Shown here: piece by piece, positions 40,198 to 53,644 of the stretch
Layout of the letters: each line of letters opens with the position of its first letter
Numbering within the stretch: the stretch's first letter is position 1
NCBI GenBank assembly: GCA_964016885.1
Contig: OZ024740.1
Location: forward strand, 299,088,001 to 299,152,000
Length of the DNA: 64,000 nucleotides
Source of the DNA: Eledone cirrhosa
Lineage: Eukaryota
Direction of reading: 5' to 3'
Program-made: the position numbers and the translations under genes
Notes under the pieces: generated by a model
The model's database searches: none
What the model saw: the letters and a program-made list of their open reading frames with translations, nothing else
Told to the model about the DNA's origin: nothing

Positions 40198-40342
40198 ACA
40201 CACACAATCTCTCTCTCTATCTCTCATTCACTCACTCACTCACTCACTCTGAAAAGTACTGTTAAGAAGCAGCATGTTAAACATTCGGTTTTCTTCAATC
40301 TGAAAGTCTTGTCCACGTAGAAGCAATAGAAAAAATTTCACG

Positions 40343-40764
40343 TATTGTCAGGCCTCGAATAACCTTCCCCCACCGCTTATTAATTTATCACCCCCATCCC
40401 CCTATTCTAATTCCAACCCCACCCGTTTATCAAATTTTTCTAATTTATCTCCAGCGCAATTTTATTTTAAGTGGTAACATTCTTGTAACAATTAATTTTC
40501 TTTAGACATTAAAAAACTTTATACATGACAATAAAAGTACATTACTATAATTCTCATACGTTATAAAATAAATAGGATGGGTTGGGGTCTCAATATGTAA
40601 ACTTAATGACTAATTCTGATTTTAAAAAATCAAGGGAGACAACCTAGAAAAATTACCGAATTCTTCCTGCGCCTCTTATTCCCGCTCCGCTTATTCCAAC
40701 TCTCGCGTTTATTCCAGTTCCCCGATTACTCCCCCCCCCCCCTGTTATTTGGGACCCGAGAGTA
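40343..40764 (-). mobile_element. MITE copy
   Basis: Ends TTATTTGGGACCCGAGAGTA; internal homology to the 23.3 and 31.9 kb copies. Confidence 0.8.
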
Positions 40765-41053
40765 ACCACTTAAGGCACAAATTGTTCAGTAATTGATGTT
40801 AAACGAGGGAGCACTTTAGGCCTACATTTCTCTCTTCGAAATGTCTCAAGATAGGTTGTTTTGGAGTTAAAAGGTTCCTCCGACTCCGTGAAGTATTTTA
40901 ATTGCAGCGGGATTAAGCTCCTGGAGGCTGTTGAAGCCACATCTTTTGCGAATGAAAATAAAAATAAATATTTAAAAAAAACCGAAACAGAAACGTCAAT
41001 AGCAGCATAACACAATCATCACTATCTCTCCCCTCCCACACTCTTATCATAAT

Positions 41054-41241
41054 TGTTTCTACTTGAGGCACAAGGCCAGTAATTCACCAGTACATTACTG
41101 GTACTTTATGTTATCGACCCCGTAAGGATGAAAGGCAAAGTTAACCTTGGCGGGATTTGAACTCAGACTGTAAAGGGACGTAACTATGCTGCAAAGCATG
41201 GCGTCCAACCCTCTACCGATACTGCCAATTCACCGCCCTTG
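41054..41241 (-). mobile_element. Abundant SINE, short form, with 12-bp TSD
   Basis: TSD TCTTATCATAAT at 41042-41053 and 41242-41253. Confidence 0.9.
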
Positions 41242-42106
41242 TCTTATCATAATAATATCAATCAACATGATTATTATGAGCATCATAATTATATCAACAC
41301 CGCCGCCACCACTACTGCCACTCAGTGAGATTTAAACTCAGAGATAAAGAGCTGGAAGTTATAGAGATATATCAGGTTAAAGGTAATTTTAAGAAGCATC
41401 ATCTACACACACACACACACACACACACAGACACAGACATACATAGACACACACAGAGAACACACACACAGACACACACAGAGAGATACACACACAGACA
41501 CAGAGAGTGAGAGAGAGACGCACGCACGCATATATATATAAAACAACAGGTGAATTTCACTTCTACCCTCTATCTGTGTCATGGCCTTCTGAAAAGTACT
41601 GCTAAGAAGCAGCATGATAAATATTTGGTTTTTCTCAAACTGAAATTCTTGTCCATATAGTAGCAATAGAAAGAACTTACCCCCGCGTCTGGAATATTCG
41701 GCCCACACCGCTTATAATGTCCGGCGACCAACTGATAGATAATCTGCTCTCTTGGAGGAATGATGACAGCTCCAGATCGGAATGGTTCAAGGTAGACAAA
41801 AACATTTACTATAGCTATTCTATAATAAATAGTTACTACGAAGAAGATGGTTTATTATTGTAGACCTCGAGAAGAATATATACATGTTTTCTTTTGATTG
41901 CCATTTGAGATCTATGCTTATTGTAAAAGAGATGGGATTTAGAGATGTCTATCTCTTTCCAATGGTCATTTGAAATAAGCGTGAAATGAAATTATTTCAA
42001 CACGGAATCGTCCTCAGAGAGTCTTACCTCTGAATTTATGGATGTGTTATTGGCTTCTAGTTTTGAATTGAAATCGTTGTACTGACTAAATACAAATGTC
42101 TAATAG

Positions 42107-42563
42107 TGTTTCTACTTTTGGCACAAGGCCAGCGATTACCCCAGTGCACCACTGGTACTTTATTTTATCGACCTCGTAAGGATGAAAGGCAAAGTTAACT
42201 TCGGCGGATTTGAACTCAGAACGCAAACGGCCATAACTCTACACTGCACAGCATGATGTCCAACGCTCTAGCGATACTACAAACGTCTAATAGAAAAAGG
42301 CTATTCTAAGGAGAAGAAGAAGAACAATAACAACACAGCAGCAGTAATACGAACTACAACAGCAGCATTATTAGCAACGGGGATTGGCAATATCGGTAGA
42401 GGGTCGGACACCATGCTTTCCAGCATAGTTACGTCCCTTTACGGTCTGAGTTCAAATTCCGCCGAGGTTAACTTTGCCTTTCATCCTTACGGGGTCGATA
42501 AAATAAAGTACCAGTAATGTACTGGGTAATTGCTGGCCTTGTGCTAAAAGTGGAAACAATTAT
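42107..42563. mobile_element. Two abundant-SINE copies head-to-head (42107-42280 minus; 42380-42563 plus)
   Basis: Conserved blocks; GTCTAATAG flanks the first copy. Confidence 0.85.
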
Positions 42564-42849
42564 TAGCAACAGCAGAAGCAACATCAACACTACCAACAAC
42601 AAGAATAATAACAGCAGGAGCAATACTATCAGCTACAACAGCAGCAACAACAGCAGTAGCAATAGCATCAACAATAGCAACAACACCAACAACAACACCA
42701 CCACCAGCACCACTACCACCAGCACCACCAGCACCGCCATCACCACAATCACCACCAGCACCCCACCAGCACAATCACCACCATCAGCAGAATCAACAGC
42801 GACTACAACAGTTACAACAACAAGAGCAACAAACAGTATTTAACAACGA

Positions 42850-43097
42850 AAACAACAGCAGTAAGAATGAACAGCTAGCAACAATAACAACAACAACAAC
42901 AATAACAACAACAATAAAAACATCAATAGTAGCAACAAATAACAACAACTACAACAAGAACAACAATAGCGGAAACAGCAGCAGGAGCAACAACAACAAC
43001 AACAACAACAATAACAACAACAATAAAAACATCAATAGTAGCAACAAATAACAACAACTACAACAAGAACAACAATAGCGGAAACAGCAGCAGGAGC

Positions 43098-43145
<48 letters not shown>

Positions 43146-43324
43146 AAAAACAGCAATAGTAGCAACAAATAACAACAACTACAACAAGAATAACAATAGC
43201 GGAAGCAGCAGCAGGAGCAACAACAACAACAACAACAACAACAACAGCGGAAACAACAACAAAAACAGCAATAGTAGCAACAAATAACAACAACTAGAAC
43301 AAGAACAACAATAGCGGAAACATG

Positions 43325-43330
<6 letters not shown>
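42850..43330. repeat. Higher-order ~110-120-bp tandem repeat built from (CAA)n
   Basis: AAAAAC(A/G)..AATAGTAGCAACAAATAACAACAACT..AACAAGAA.AACAATAGCGGAA recurs four times (~42915, 43025, 43145, 43261). Confidence 0.85.
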
Positions 43331-43358
<28 letters not shown>

Positions 43359-43445
43359 GCAGAAATAGCAGCAGTAGCAGCAATAATGACAACAGCAACA
43401 ACAACAAGAACAACAACAACAACACCGGAAACAGAAACAGTAGAC

Positions 43446-43486
<41 letters not shown>

Positions 43487-43620
43487 ATCACAATACAATA
43501 CTAGGAACAACAGAAATTAATTTTTTAGAACCATTTCATAAATTGCACATGATTAGACAATAGTGGAGCAGCTTTAGACGTCGGAAACGGACAGAGGTCA
43601 CATACGTAAATAATAAAAAT

Positions 43621-44324
43621 GACGTTGGTGATGATGATGGTGATGATGATGGTGGTGGTGATGTTGATGATGGTGATGGTGGTGAAAAAGATGATGGTGA
43701 TGAAGATGATGATGGTGGTGGTGATGTTGATGATGGTGATGAAGATGATGATGGTGGTGGTGATGTTGATGATGGTGATGGTGGTGAAAAAGATGATGGT
43801 GATGAAGATGATGATGGTGGTGGTGATGTTGATGATGGTGATGAAGATGATGATGGTGGTGGTGATGTTGATGATGGTGATGGTGGTGGTGAAAAAGATG
43901 ATGGTGATGAAGATGATGATGGTGGTGGTGATGTTGATGATGGTGATGATGGTGGTGAAAAAGATGATGGTGATGAAGATGATGATGGTGGTGGTGATGT
44001 TGATGATGGTGATGAAGATGATGATGGTGGTGGTGATGTTGATGATGGTGATGGTGGTGGTGAAAAAGATGATGGTGATGAAGATGATGATGGTGGTGGT
44101 GATGTTGATGATGGTGATGGTGGTGGTGAAAAAGATGATGGTGTTGGTGATGATGATGCTGGTGGTGATGTTGATGATGGTGATGATGGTGGTGAAAAAG
44201 ATGATGGTGGTGAAAATGATGATGGTGGTGGTGATGTTGATGATGGTGATGATGGTGGTGAAAAAGATGATGGTGATGAAGATGATGATGGTGGTGGTGA
44301 TGGTGATATTGATGAAGATGATGG

Positions 44325-44364
<40 letters not shown>

Positions 44365-44490
44365 GATTAAGACGACGGTGATGGTGATGATGATGGTGGT
44401 GGTGGTGGTGGTGATGAAGACGATGATGATGACGACGACGATGATGATGATGATGGTGGTGGTGATGATGATGATGATGATGATGATGAC
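43621..44490. repeat. Higher-order (GAT/GGT)n minisatellite
   Basis: Units GGTGAAAAAGATGATGGTGATGAAGATGATGATGGTGGTGGTGATGTTGATGATGGTGAT with interleaved 39-bp subunits. Confidence 0.9.
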
Positions 44491-44779
44491 AATAATAAAC
44501 TCGAAACAAGAAACAATAAGATAGAAACAAAGTTTTGACAGTTGGTAGGAATAATTAATTACTTTTCATTACAGAAGATGTGGTGGGGGAGGGGTACGGG
44601 GGGAGGGAGGTTGGTTAGGGGGCAAATGGCTAACCGGTCGGCTGGATGAACGGGGGTGATGGTTCATATAAAAATTTGCTGATGATTTCTAAAACAAAAG
44701 TTGTACAATTATTGACAGCCATAACGATACCAAACAATGACTTTGATAATAGTACACCTAAAAAAAAACAATGAAAACA

Positions 44780-45105
44780 CCTCCTCCTCCTCCTCCTCCT
44801 CCTCCTCCTCCTCCTCCTCCTCCTTCTTCTTCTTCTTCTTCTTCTTCTTCTTCTTCTTCTTCTTCTTCTTCTTCTTCTTCTCATCATCACGATCACCAGC
44901 ACCAGCGCCACCACCACCGCCACCACCACCACCACTACCCTCACCACCATTACCCCCCACCCCCAACCACCACCACTAGTACCACTACCACTACCACCAC
45001 CACCACCGCCACCACCGCCACCACGACCACGACGACGACGACCACCACCACCACCACCATCATCCTCATCACCACCACCACCACCACCATCACCATCACC
45101 ATCAA
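44780..45105. repeat. Compound (CTC)n(TTC)n(CAC)n microsatellite
   Basis: Direct reading. Confidence 0.9.
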
Positions 45106-45589
45106 CAGTACAATGAGCAATAATAAGTCAAATCTGCAAAAGCAACTCTTACAATAACAACAATAACTACAAACAATACTAGTAATACTGCAGCAACAAT
45201 AACACGAATAATTGCATAAGAAAACAACCCAAGTAAACACCCACAATAATGGGAGGAGCATCGCCGGCAGCAAGAGTGGCAGAAATAGCATTAGCAATAG
45301 CGAATCAACGAGAATAGCAGGAACAGCCTCAACATTCTGTCAACAATGGAGTCTTTGTGTAGTCGTTTTACCTGCTAGATATTTAGTTTCAAGGAAAAAA
45401 ATGATCATGCTGGATTATATAGTCTTAAATACAGCATGTCGTAAAATGGTGGTATGTTCACAGTTGGGATACCATTGGACACAAAACTGCTCTTTCAAGG
45501 TTGACCAGCAGCTAAACATGCTATCTTATTCCTACCAACAAAAATAGCAACACCAATACCACAATACCAGACACAACAATCGGAGCAGC

Positions 45590-46150
45590 TTCTACATTCG
45601 GTACAAGGTCAGCAATTTGAAGGGAAGGGAAATGTCGATTAAATCAACCGCCGTGCATTATTGCTGCTTTATTTTATCGAACCCGTAAGGATGAAAGGCA
45701 ATGTTAACCGCGGGGGGATTTGAATAATAATAATAATGGTTTCTTATATAGGCACAAGGCCAGTAATTTTGAGGGAGGGGAAAGTCGATTAAATCGACCC
45801 CAGTGCGTGATTGGTACTTTATTTTATTGACCCCGTAAGGATGAAAGGCAAAGATAACTTCGGCAGGATTTGAACTCAGAACGTTAAGGGTTCGTAATTA
45901 TATGCCGTAAAGTACATTGTCCGATGCTCTATCGATACTGCCAATCTACCACTTTCATTGCTATAATAAAGCTTTCTGACACAAGGCCAGCAATGTTTGG
46001 GGAAGGAGAATGTCGATTAAATAGACCCCAGTGTATTACTGGTACTTTATTTTATCGACCCCGTAAGATTTAAAGGCAAAGTTAACCTCGGTGGGATTTG
46101 AACTCAGATCGTAAATGGCATGTTGTCCGACGCTCCACCGCTACTGCCTA
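45590..46150 (-). mobile_element. Three tandem copies of the abundant SINE (long form)
   Basis: ACAAGG.CAG.AAT / GTCGATTAAAT / CCCGTAAG blocks recur at ~45600, 45755, 45980. Confidence 0.85.
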
Positions 46151-46367
46151 TCAAAAAAAGTAAAAACAGCAAAAGTAGAGGAAAAGATAATGATAAAGAA
46201 GAAGAATAACAACAGTAAGCTCTGACTCACATAGCTATCCCACCCTCTATATGTAAAACCATCCTTAAACATCGGATAGACCTACAACTCCCGGAGTGAG
46301 CCTATGAAGAGACCGCATCGTGCTCACATGACTTCCTATAATTACAGACAAATCTTCCTTAAATAAT

Positions 46368-46556
46368 TGTTTCTACTATTGGCACAAGGCCAGAAATTAC
46401 CCAGTACATTACTGGTACTTCATTTTATCGACCCCGTAAGGATGAAAGGCAAAGTTAACCTCGGCGGGATTTGAACTCAGAATGGCAAGGGCCGTAACTC
46501 TATGCGTCAAAGCATGGCATCCGATCCTCTACCGATACTGCCAATTCACCGCCCTT
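46368..46556 (-). mobile_element. Abundant SINE, short form, with 17-bp TSD
   Basis: TSD AATCTTCCTTAAATAAT at 46351-46367 and 46557-46573. Confidence 0.9.
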
Positions 46557-47553
46557 AATCTTCCTTAAATAATACTGAACCACTTTAAATGCTGAATAAA
46601 TATATTAAATAAAGTATTCGTGAATATAAAATACTCATCACAGAGAATTATTTTTTCCAAGACGTGCAAACACCACCAGGTAACAATAGAAGTCAAGACT
46701 GCATGACATCGGTTATGCAACATCTATATGAATTGTCATCCACCATACTCTCAGAAACACAATCAAAACAATGGCAAAAACAATAGCAACGTTTAAAACA
46801 AAACTTGCTGATATTTTCAGCTTTCCCAACGTAACAGGTCCGCACAGAATAGAGTTAAAAGCCGCTCTACTTCACACACAAAATAAGCTTTGTAAGTTTG
46901 ACACAATTTAAAAAAAAATCGCAGTACAACTTTAACTGCATAAAGTATCTTTACAATATCTTTCATCGCACACGACATTTATGTAGCAATAATTCAAGAA
47001 TGTTAAGATTAGGCAGATGCCTGGTAATATAACTAAAATTATGTACTCAGTATCTAGATATCTCAAATGACATTCATAGCCGAATGAGTGACGACATCAC
47101 ACAAGAAGTTCAGTCTTTTAAAATAGCATACTAATATAATGATTTTTTTCATGCTTTCTTGCTTTTTGTATTAAACATATTTATTATTATATTTTAAGAA
47201 TGTTCAAGCGCAGAAAATACTATAAAATAGCTTATGAAATGGTGTAGATACGGTTAGAGACGGAGGAAGAAGTTATAGCGGTAGCTACGAAAAACCAAAC
47301 TCCGTATTTCTCTATTACCGGCTGAGGGCTCTAGCCATTGAACTAAGGGACTGCTGACAACAACATACCGTCTAAATTAAGGAATTGAATCAGACATCTT
47401 TTGAAAGTGTCAACAAACATCGTGTGTAACGCTCAAACCTTCGATCTTACGAAGCCCTGAGATGACAAAGTTTATAGAAGTTGTAGAATGCTCAGGCACA
47501 AAATATACAATAAAATATTAAGGCATATTTTATTAGCTATATTTGCACACACA

Positions 47554-47668
<115 letters not shown>

Positions 47669-47674
47669 CAATTT

Positions 47675-47830
47675 CTGTCTGTGTGTGGATTTGTTTGTTT
47701 GTGGATTTTTTTGTTTGTGTGTGTTTGTTTGTGAACCTAAAACTAAAAAAACTACCAAACCGATCTTGATGAAACTTGACACGTATGTGGGACTCATGCC
47801 CATTTGAATTTTTACGTATATTTCATTTTA
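47675..47830 (+). mobile_element. Possible non-autonomous Helitron/DINE-like 5' fragment
   Basis: (GTTT)n followed by AAAACTACCAAACCGATCTTGATGAAACTTGACAC, the pattern typical of DINE/Lep1-like elements. Confidence 0.45.
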
Positions 47831-47861
47831 ATCAAATGGTTCTACGGGGGGGGGGGGATAA

Positions 47862-47906
47862 AGCCGACAGAGCCCTGTTTCGCATTTGTTGATGCTTATC
47901 AAGGCT
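47862..47906 (-). ncRNA. Type I hammerhead ribozyme, U3-A8 variant (copy A)
   Basis: AGCC-UUGAUAA-GCAU(CAACAA)AUGC-GAAA-CAG(GGCU)CUG-UC-GGCU; GUC cleavage triplet. Confidence 0.85.
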
Positions 47907-48183
47907 CACTACTCCTCCTGTTTGCTGAAAATTATGGATGTTCGATTCTTATAGAATTCTAGTAAATAATCAGGAACTGATTATACAGAGCGGTTGCCGG
48001 TCAAGCAGAAATTGAAAATTAGAATTGTTGCTCTGAAATATAGCTATATATATATGAATGTATATATAGTGTATTTTGCAATACACTGTATGCTTAATTA
48101 AAAGCATTTCAAAGACCTTATGCTATTGTTTTAGAGTAGTGATAGTCTCACTTACTTTAATTTTCAGCAAACAGGGGAGATAA

Positions 48184-48228
48184 AGCCGACAGAGCCCTGC
48201 TTCGCATTTGTTGATGCTTATCAAGGCT
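48184..48228 (-). ncRNA. Type I hammerhead ribozyme, U3-A8 variant (copy B, GAAA>GAAG mutation)
   Basis: Same fold as copy A with A15.1G. Stem I extends through an internal loop into an 18-bp helix (TAATTTTCAGCAAACAGG / CCTGTTTGCTGAAAATTA). Confidence 0.75.
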
Positions 48229-48323
48229 AACTACTCCTCCTGTTTGCTGAAAATTATGGATGTTTGATTCTTATAGAATTCTAGTAAATAATCAGGAACT
48301 GATTATTTACAGGAGGAGTAGTT

Positions 48324-48368
48324 AGCCTTGATAAGCATCAACAAATGCGAAACAGGACTCTGTCGGCT
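48324..48368 (+). ncRNA. Type I hammerhead ribozyme, U3-A8 variant (copy C, inverted)
   Basis: AGCC-UUGAUAA-GCAU(CAACAA)AUGC-GAAA-CAG(GACU)CUG-UC-GGCU; cleavage predicted after C48364. Confidence 0.85.
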
Positions 48369-48659
48369 TTATCTCCCCTGTTTGCTGAAAATTAAAGTAA
48401 GTGAGACTATCACTACTCTAAAACAATAGCATAAGGTCTTCGAAATGCTTTTAATTAAGCATACAGTGTATTGCAAAATACACTATATATACATTCATAT
48501 ATATATATATATATTGGTAAACGGAATAGAAAATGCTGACAAATTGTTCACAGTGAAAAATAGTTTAATTAGTAATAAATGAGAATTAGTAATTGTATTG
48601 GTTAGTATTCAGTTTTGGTTTTTGAGATAGAGCGTCCGCGATGTTTGCTCTGATCTGTA

Positions 48660-48770
<111 letters not shown>

Positions 48771-48802
48771 TAACAGATTAAAGTTTAAGCGAAGAATCGC
48801 TG

Positions 48803-48881
<79 letters not shown>

Positions 48882-49193
48882 TATATTTATTAAAACAACA
48901 GATTAAAGTTTAAGCAAAGAATCGGTGCTTTATATATATATAAATTATATATATATATATAAATCACGTAAAATAATTAGTTGGAGTGAAATTTAAGTAA
49001 ATGAGTTAATTACTATAATTTTCTTATTTTACGTCCTTTATATAATTGTTCAACATCTCTTTGTATCGAACCACAAAGTTAACAAGACAAAACCTATATC
49101 TTTGCTAGCGTAAGTATACATCTGTATAAATATGTTGGGAGATATACTAATTTTATATATATATATAGTAGAGTAGTTTGGATGGGATCGGTG

Positions 49194-49706
<513 letters not shown>

Positions 49707-49716
49707 TCCTTCGTTA

Positions 49717-49800
<84 letters not shown>

Positions 49801-49804
<4 letters not shown>

Positions 49805-50670
49805 CACCGATCCCATCCAAACTACTCTACTATAACACCCACCAAAATATGATTTTCGAATAGGGCAGAAAATACAAGACGTGACATAATGACATCGCAG
49901 CCAGATCCCCTTTACATCTTGAACATCTTACAATAACACAAATATCTCAACAAAGTAACTGCAACTCTACACGTCGTGAGATCACCTACTCAATGCACAT
50001 ACCTATAACAGCTATAATGCAAACCATCTCTTATCTTTCCCATCTAAACATATTCACAAGTTACTGAAGAAAGCAATTGCATTTTTACAAACTCGTAAAA
50101 TGAAAAATAGGATGGCCAATCTCCTAAGAATATGTAATGGTATTTGAGAATTTCACATTATACATAACCGAAACAAAACTCAGTATCAAATAAATAAACC
50201 AGGAAATAAATCACAGAAAAAAAGACAACTGGCAAAGATTGTTATCGAACATAATCCACAAAATAATTAATAAATCTCTATACAAAATAATTAGATGCCT
50301 CAACAAGAGCAATAGCCTCAAATAACGTACTCACACCGCAATACTATGTAAACTCCCTTAGCAAACATTTCTCGAAAATCGAACCCTCAAAACCATACAA
50401 CTATTGATCATGACTTTGACATTCGAAAAGCAATACGAAGATCTCAAATCTCAAAAGCTTCAGGGCCAGACGAAATAAGAAACACACCCAAGGCTTAAAG
50501 GGATGACTACTCTCACAAGCACCGACAGCCACTCGTACTAGTAATAGAAGCTGGGTAAAAAGGAAGTAACATCATTGACCCCTTAAATTTTCTATGTAAA
50601 CTATCAAACAGCAGAAAGGCTAATCGTTGACATAACTATCTTCTATCACAAGGGCACGGATTTCATGTGG
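49801..50670 (+). pseudogene. Highly decayed LINE fragment (EN-RT linker region)
   Basis: KASGPDEI-like motif at ~50454-50478; A/C-rich coding-like composition with many stops. Confidence 0.4.
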
Positions 50671-51615
50671 GGCAAAGGGGGCAAGTGAGTTCAAATTCCG
50701 CCTAATGCTTTCGATATAGTACCAGTCCAATACTGGAATCGATTATATCTTCTTCTCATCCCCTCCCTCTCTCTCTGTCTCAGTCACTCTCTGTCTCTCT
50801 CTCCCTCTCTCTCACTTCTTCGTCTTCTCCAGAAGAAATCGGCTGTGTTCAGACCTGGAGAGGGGATGGTCGCCGTCAGGTTTAAATGTTCAAGTCATGC
50901 AGTATGCCACAAGACGCTCCTACGACTTCATCAGAAGTTTACGGGTCTATACATACATGTGTATATGTATTGTTAAGGGAGTGTCATAATATAAAAGGAA
51001 ACCAGAAGAAAACAAACAGATTATCTGGAGATGGTGTTGGCGTTAGAAGAAAGAAGTATGTATGTGTGTAAATGTTTGATAATCTGAAAATTAAAAAGAG
51101 GCAGACAAATTGCCATGTTTAATGAAATTAAGATGTTCTTTTTGTAACCATAATTCAATTATAATATAATGTTATATTATATAACTGTATTTTGTCTTTC
51201 TAGTAATAATAGGAGAAAGGGGAGGACAAAATTTCACTAATATTGTGGGGTGGAAGTGGGGGTTGTTTATCAGTTTAAGAAGTACTGCTCTATCAGTGGG
51301 TTTATATTCGTTTTCACGATGTTTCAATGCGGTTTACATGTGGATTTTGGATGTTTATGAGTGTGTTTTGTGTGTATGGGTTTGTGTCAGTGCGTGTTTA
51401 TATGAATGAGTGTGTGTGAGTGAGTGAAAGAGGGAGAGTGGGGAAGAGAGAGAAAGAGAGAGTGAGAGAGGGGAGAATAAGAGAAGGAATGTGGTGAAGT
51501 AAAGAAGATGAGAAAAAAATGTAGGAGAGATGATGCTAGGGAGAATCGTTTTTATAGTGGAAGATATGAGAAAAACAAAGAAAGAATGAGGAGAGAGAAA
51601 TATATATATATAAAG

Positions 51616-51649
<34 letters not shown>

Positions 51650-52010
51650 TGTGAGAAAGGGAGAGAGAGGGAGTGACTGAGAGAAAGAGTGAGAGAAAGA
51701 AGGAGAGAGAAAAAGAAAGAATGAGAGAGAAATAGATAGAAAGATAGGGAAAGAGCGGAAAAGAGAGATTGAGAGAGAGAGAGAGAGATTGGGAAAGAGA
51801 GAATGAGAGAGTGAGAAAGTGAGAGAGAGTGACTGAGAGAAAGTGTATGTGAGAGGGAGGGAGAGAGAAATAGAGAGAAAGAGAGTAGATACACATTATG
51901 AAAGACTTCATATCAAATGTCCTAATACAAAGTTTATTAGTAAAGGGCAGAACCTACTAATTCTATATCATCCGAAATCATTATTGCTGCCTCGGAGTAA
52001 TGGTTAATAT

Positions 52011-52218
52011 GATTTCTAGTATAGGCACAATTTGGGGGAGGGGAAAGTCGATTAAATCAACCCCAGAACGTTACTGGTGCTTTATGTTATCGACCCTGTA
52101 AGGATGAAAGGCAAAGATAACCTCGGCGGGATTTGAACTCAGACCGCAAAGGGCCGTAACTCTATGCTGAAAAGCATGGTGTCCGACTCTCTACCGATAC
52201 TGTCAATCCACAGCCCTA
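52011..52218 (-). mobile_element. Abundant SINE, long form, with 16-bp TSD
   Basis: TSD GAGTAATGGTTAATAT at 51995-52010 and 52219-52234. Confidence 0.9.
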
Positions 52219-53119
52219 GAGTAATGGTTAATATAGAACGGGTATGCAGTGAAAATACACCTCAACTGGAGCCGCTAAGAGATCACTTGACATGCTAGAA
52301 ATAGCAGCTAAACATCCCCCCCCCCCTACTTCCCCTCACGCCCCATCATCTTGAAGAGTTAGACGTATTGGATAATGTACTCGTAGATGTCCTATTCCCG
52401 TAAAAGAAAAAAATCTTGAAATACTTTTACTTATAGATTTGCTTAGTCATGAGCTGACATAGGGCTAAACAAATACATTAAACACAAACGACAACCTTCC
52501 ACAATAGTAATTTTATAGCATGCATGGTCCCGTAACACTTGAAGGAATCGTTGAGGAACCGTATTGACATACAGCGTTTCTAGGGCATCTCTCCAATTTT
52601 ATAGCAGCAATAATCAAATCTTAAGATTATTTTCATTACTATCACATTCGCAGTTCTAGCCTAGTTTGTCTGTGGGTTTTGAATTGACCGCAACTCAATT
52701 AAATCCCCATAATCTCTTCCTTACTAGGTAATGTTCTCTGTTGTGACATTCATCGAATTCGCTAAGATCAATTTAAGGAAATCTATGTCTGAGTTAGTTT
52801 ATGACTTAGAAGTTCGGAAAATATTTATTGCTGGTTTATCACCATACATTCCTAATCCTATGTTAAGCAACAAACGCACACACATTCGTACATGCTCAGG
52901 TGCACATGTTCATACATACTTGCATGAGCACAGACAGGCCTACCTCCCCCCTTACACACACACAAGCGCATCACACTAATATACGAACTGACGCATCACA
53001 CTAGTACACACATGCATTCGCATGTGCACACATACATATACATTAGATTAATACACACACACAAACGCACATACGCATTATTCATACACATCTTTATATA
53101 ACAAAAGAATGCATTATGG

Positions 53120-53639
<520 letters not shown>

Positions 53640-53644
<5 letters not shown>

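Larger units (their letters stand above)
47857..48507. mobile_element. Retrozyme-like hammerhead repeat: 322-bp tandem unit plus inverted third copy
   Basis: Direct repeat 47857-47984 / 48179-48306 (period 322); 48309-48507 is the reverse complement of 48045-48243; a hammerhead in each repeat. Confidence 0.85.

Noticed and set aside
41591-41680. Apparent 90-nt GT-AG intron on the minus strand
   Set aside because: The GTAAGT is formed at a MITE junction and the flanks are not coding.
42850-43330. CRISPR-like repeat-spacer array
   Set aside because: Eukaryotic context; the spacers are just variable (CAA)n; no cas genes.
48395-48490. Second hammerhead within the 322-bp unit (GAAA-TGCTT..AAGCA-TA)
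   Set aside because: Stem III-like hairpin present but no CUGANGA-like core in the required position.
50812-50940. Minus-strand ACTT-CTGATGA-A-GTC...GAC-GAAG-AAGT
   Set aside because: No stem III or cleavage triplet; at best a dead remnant.
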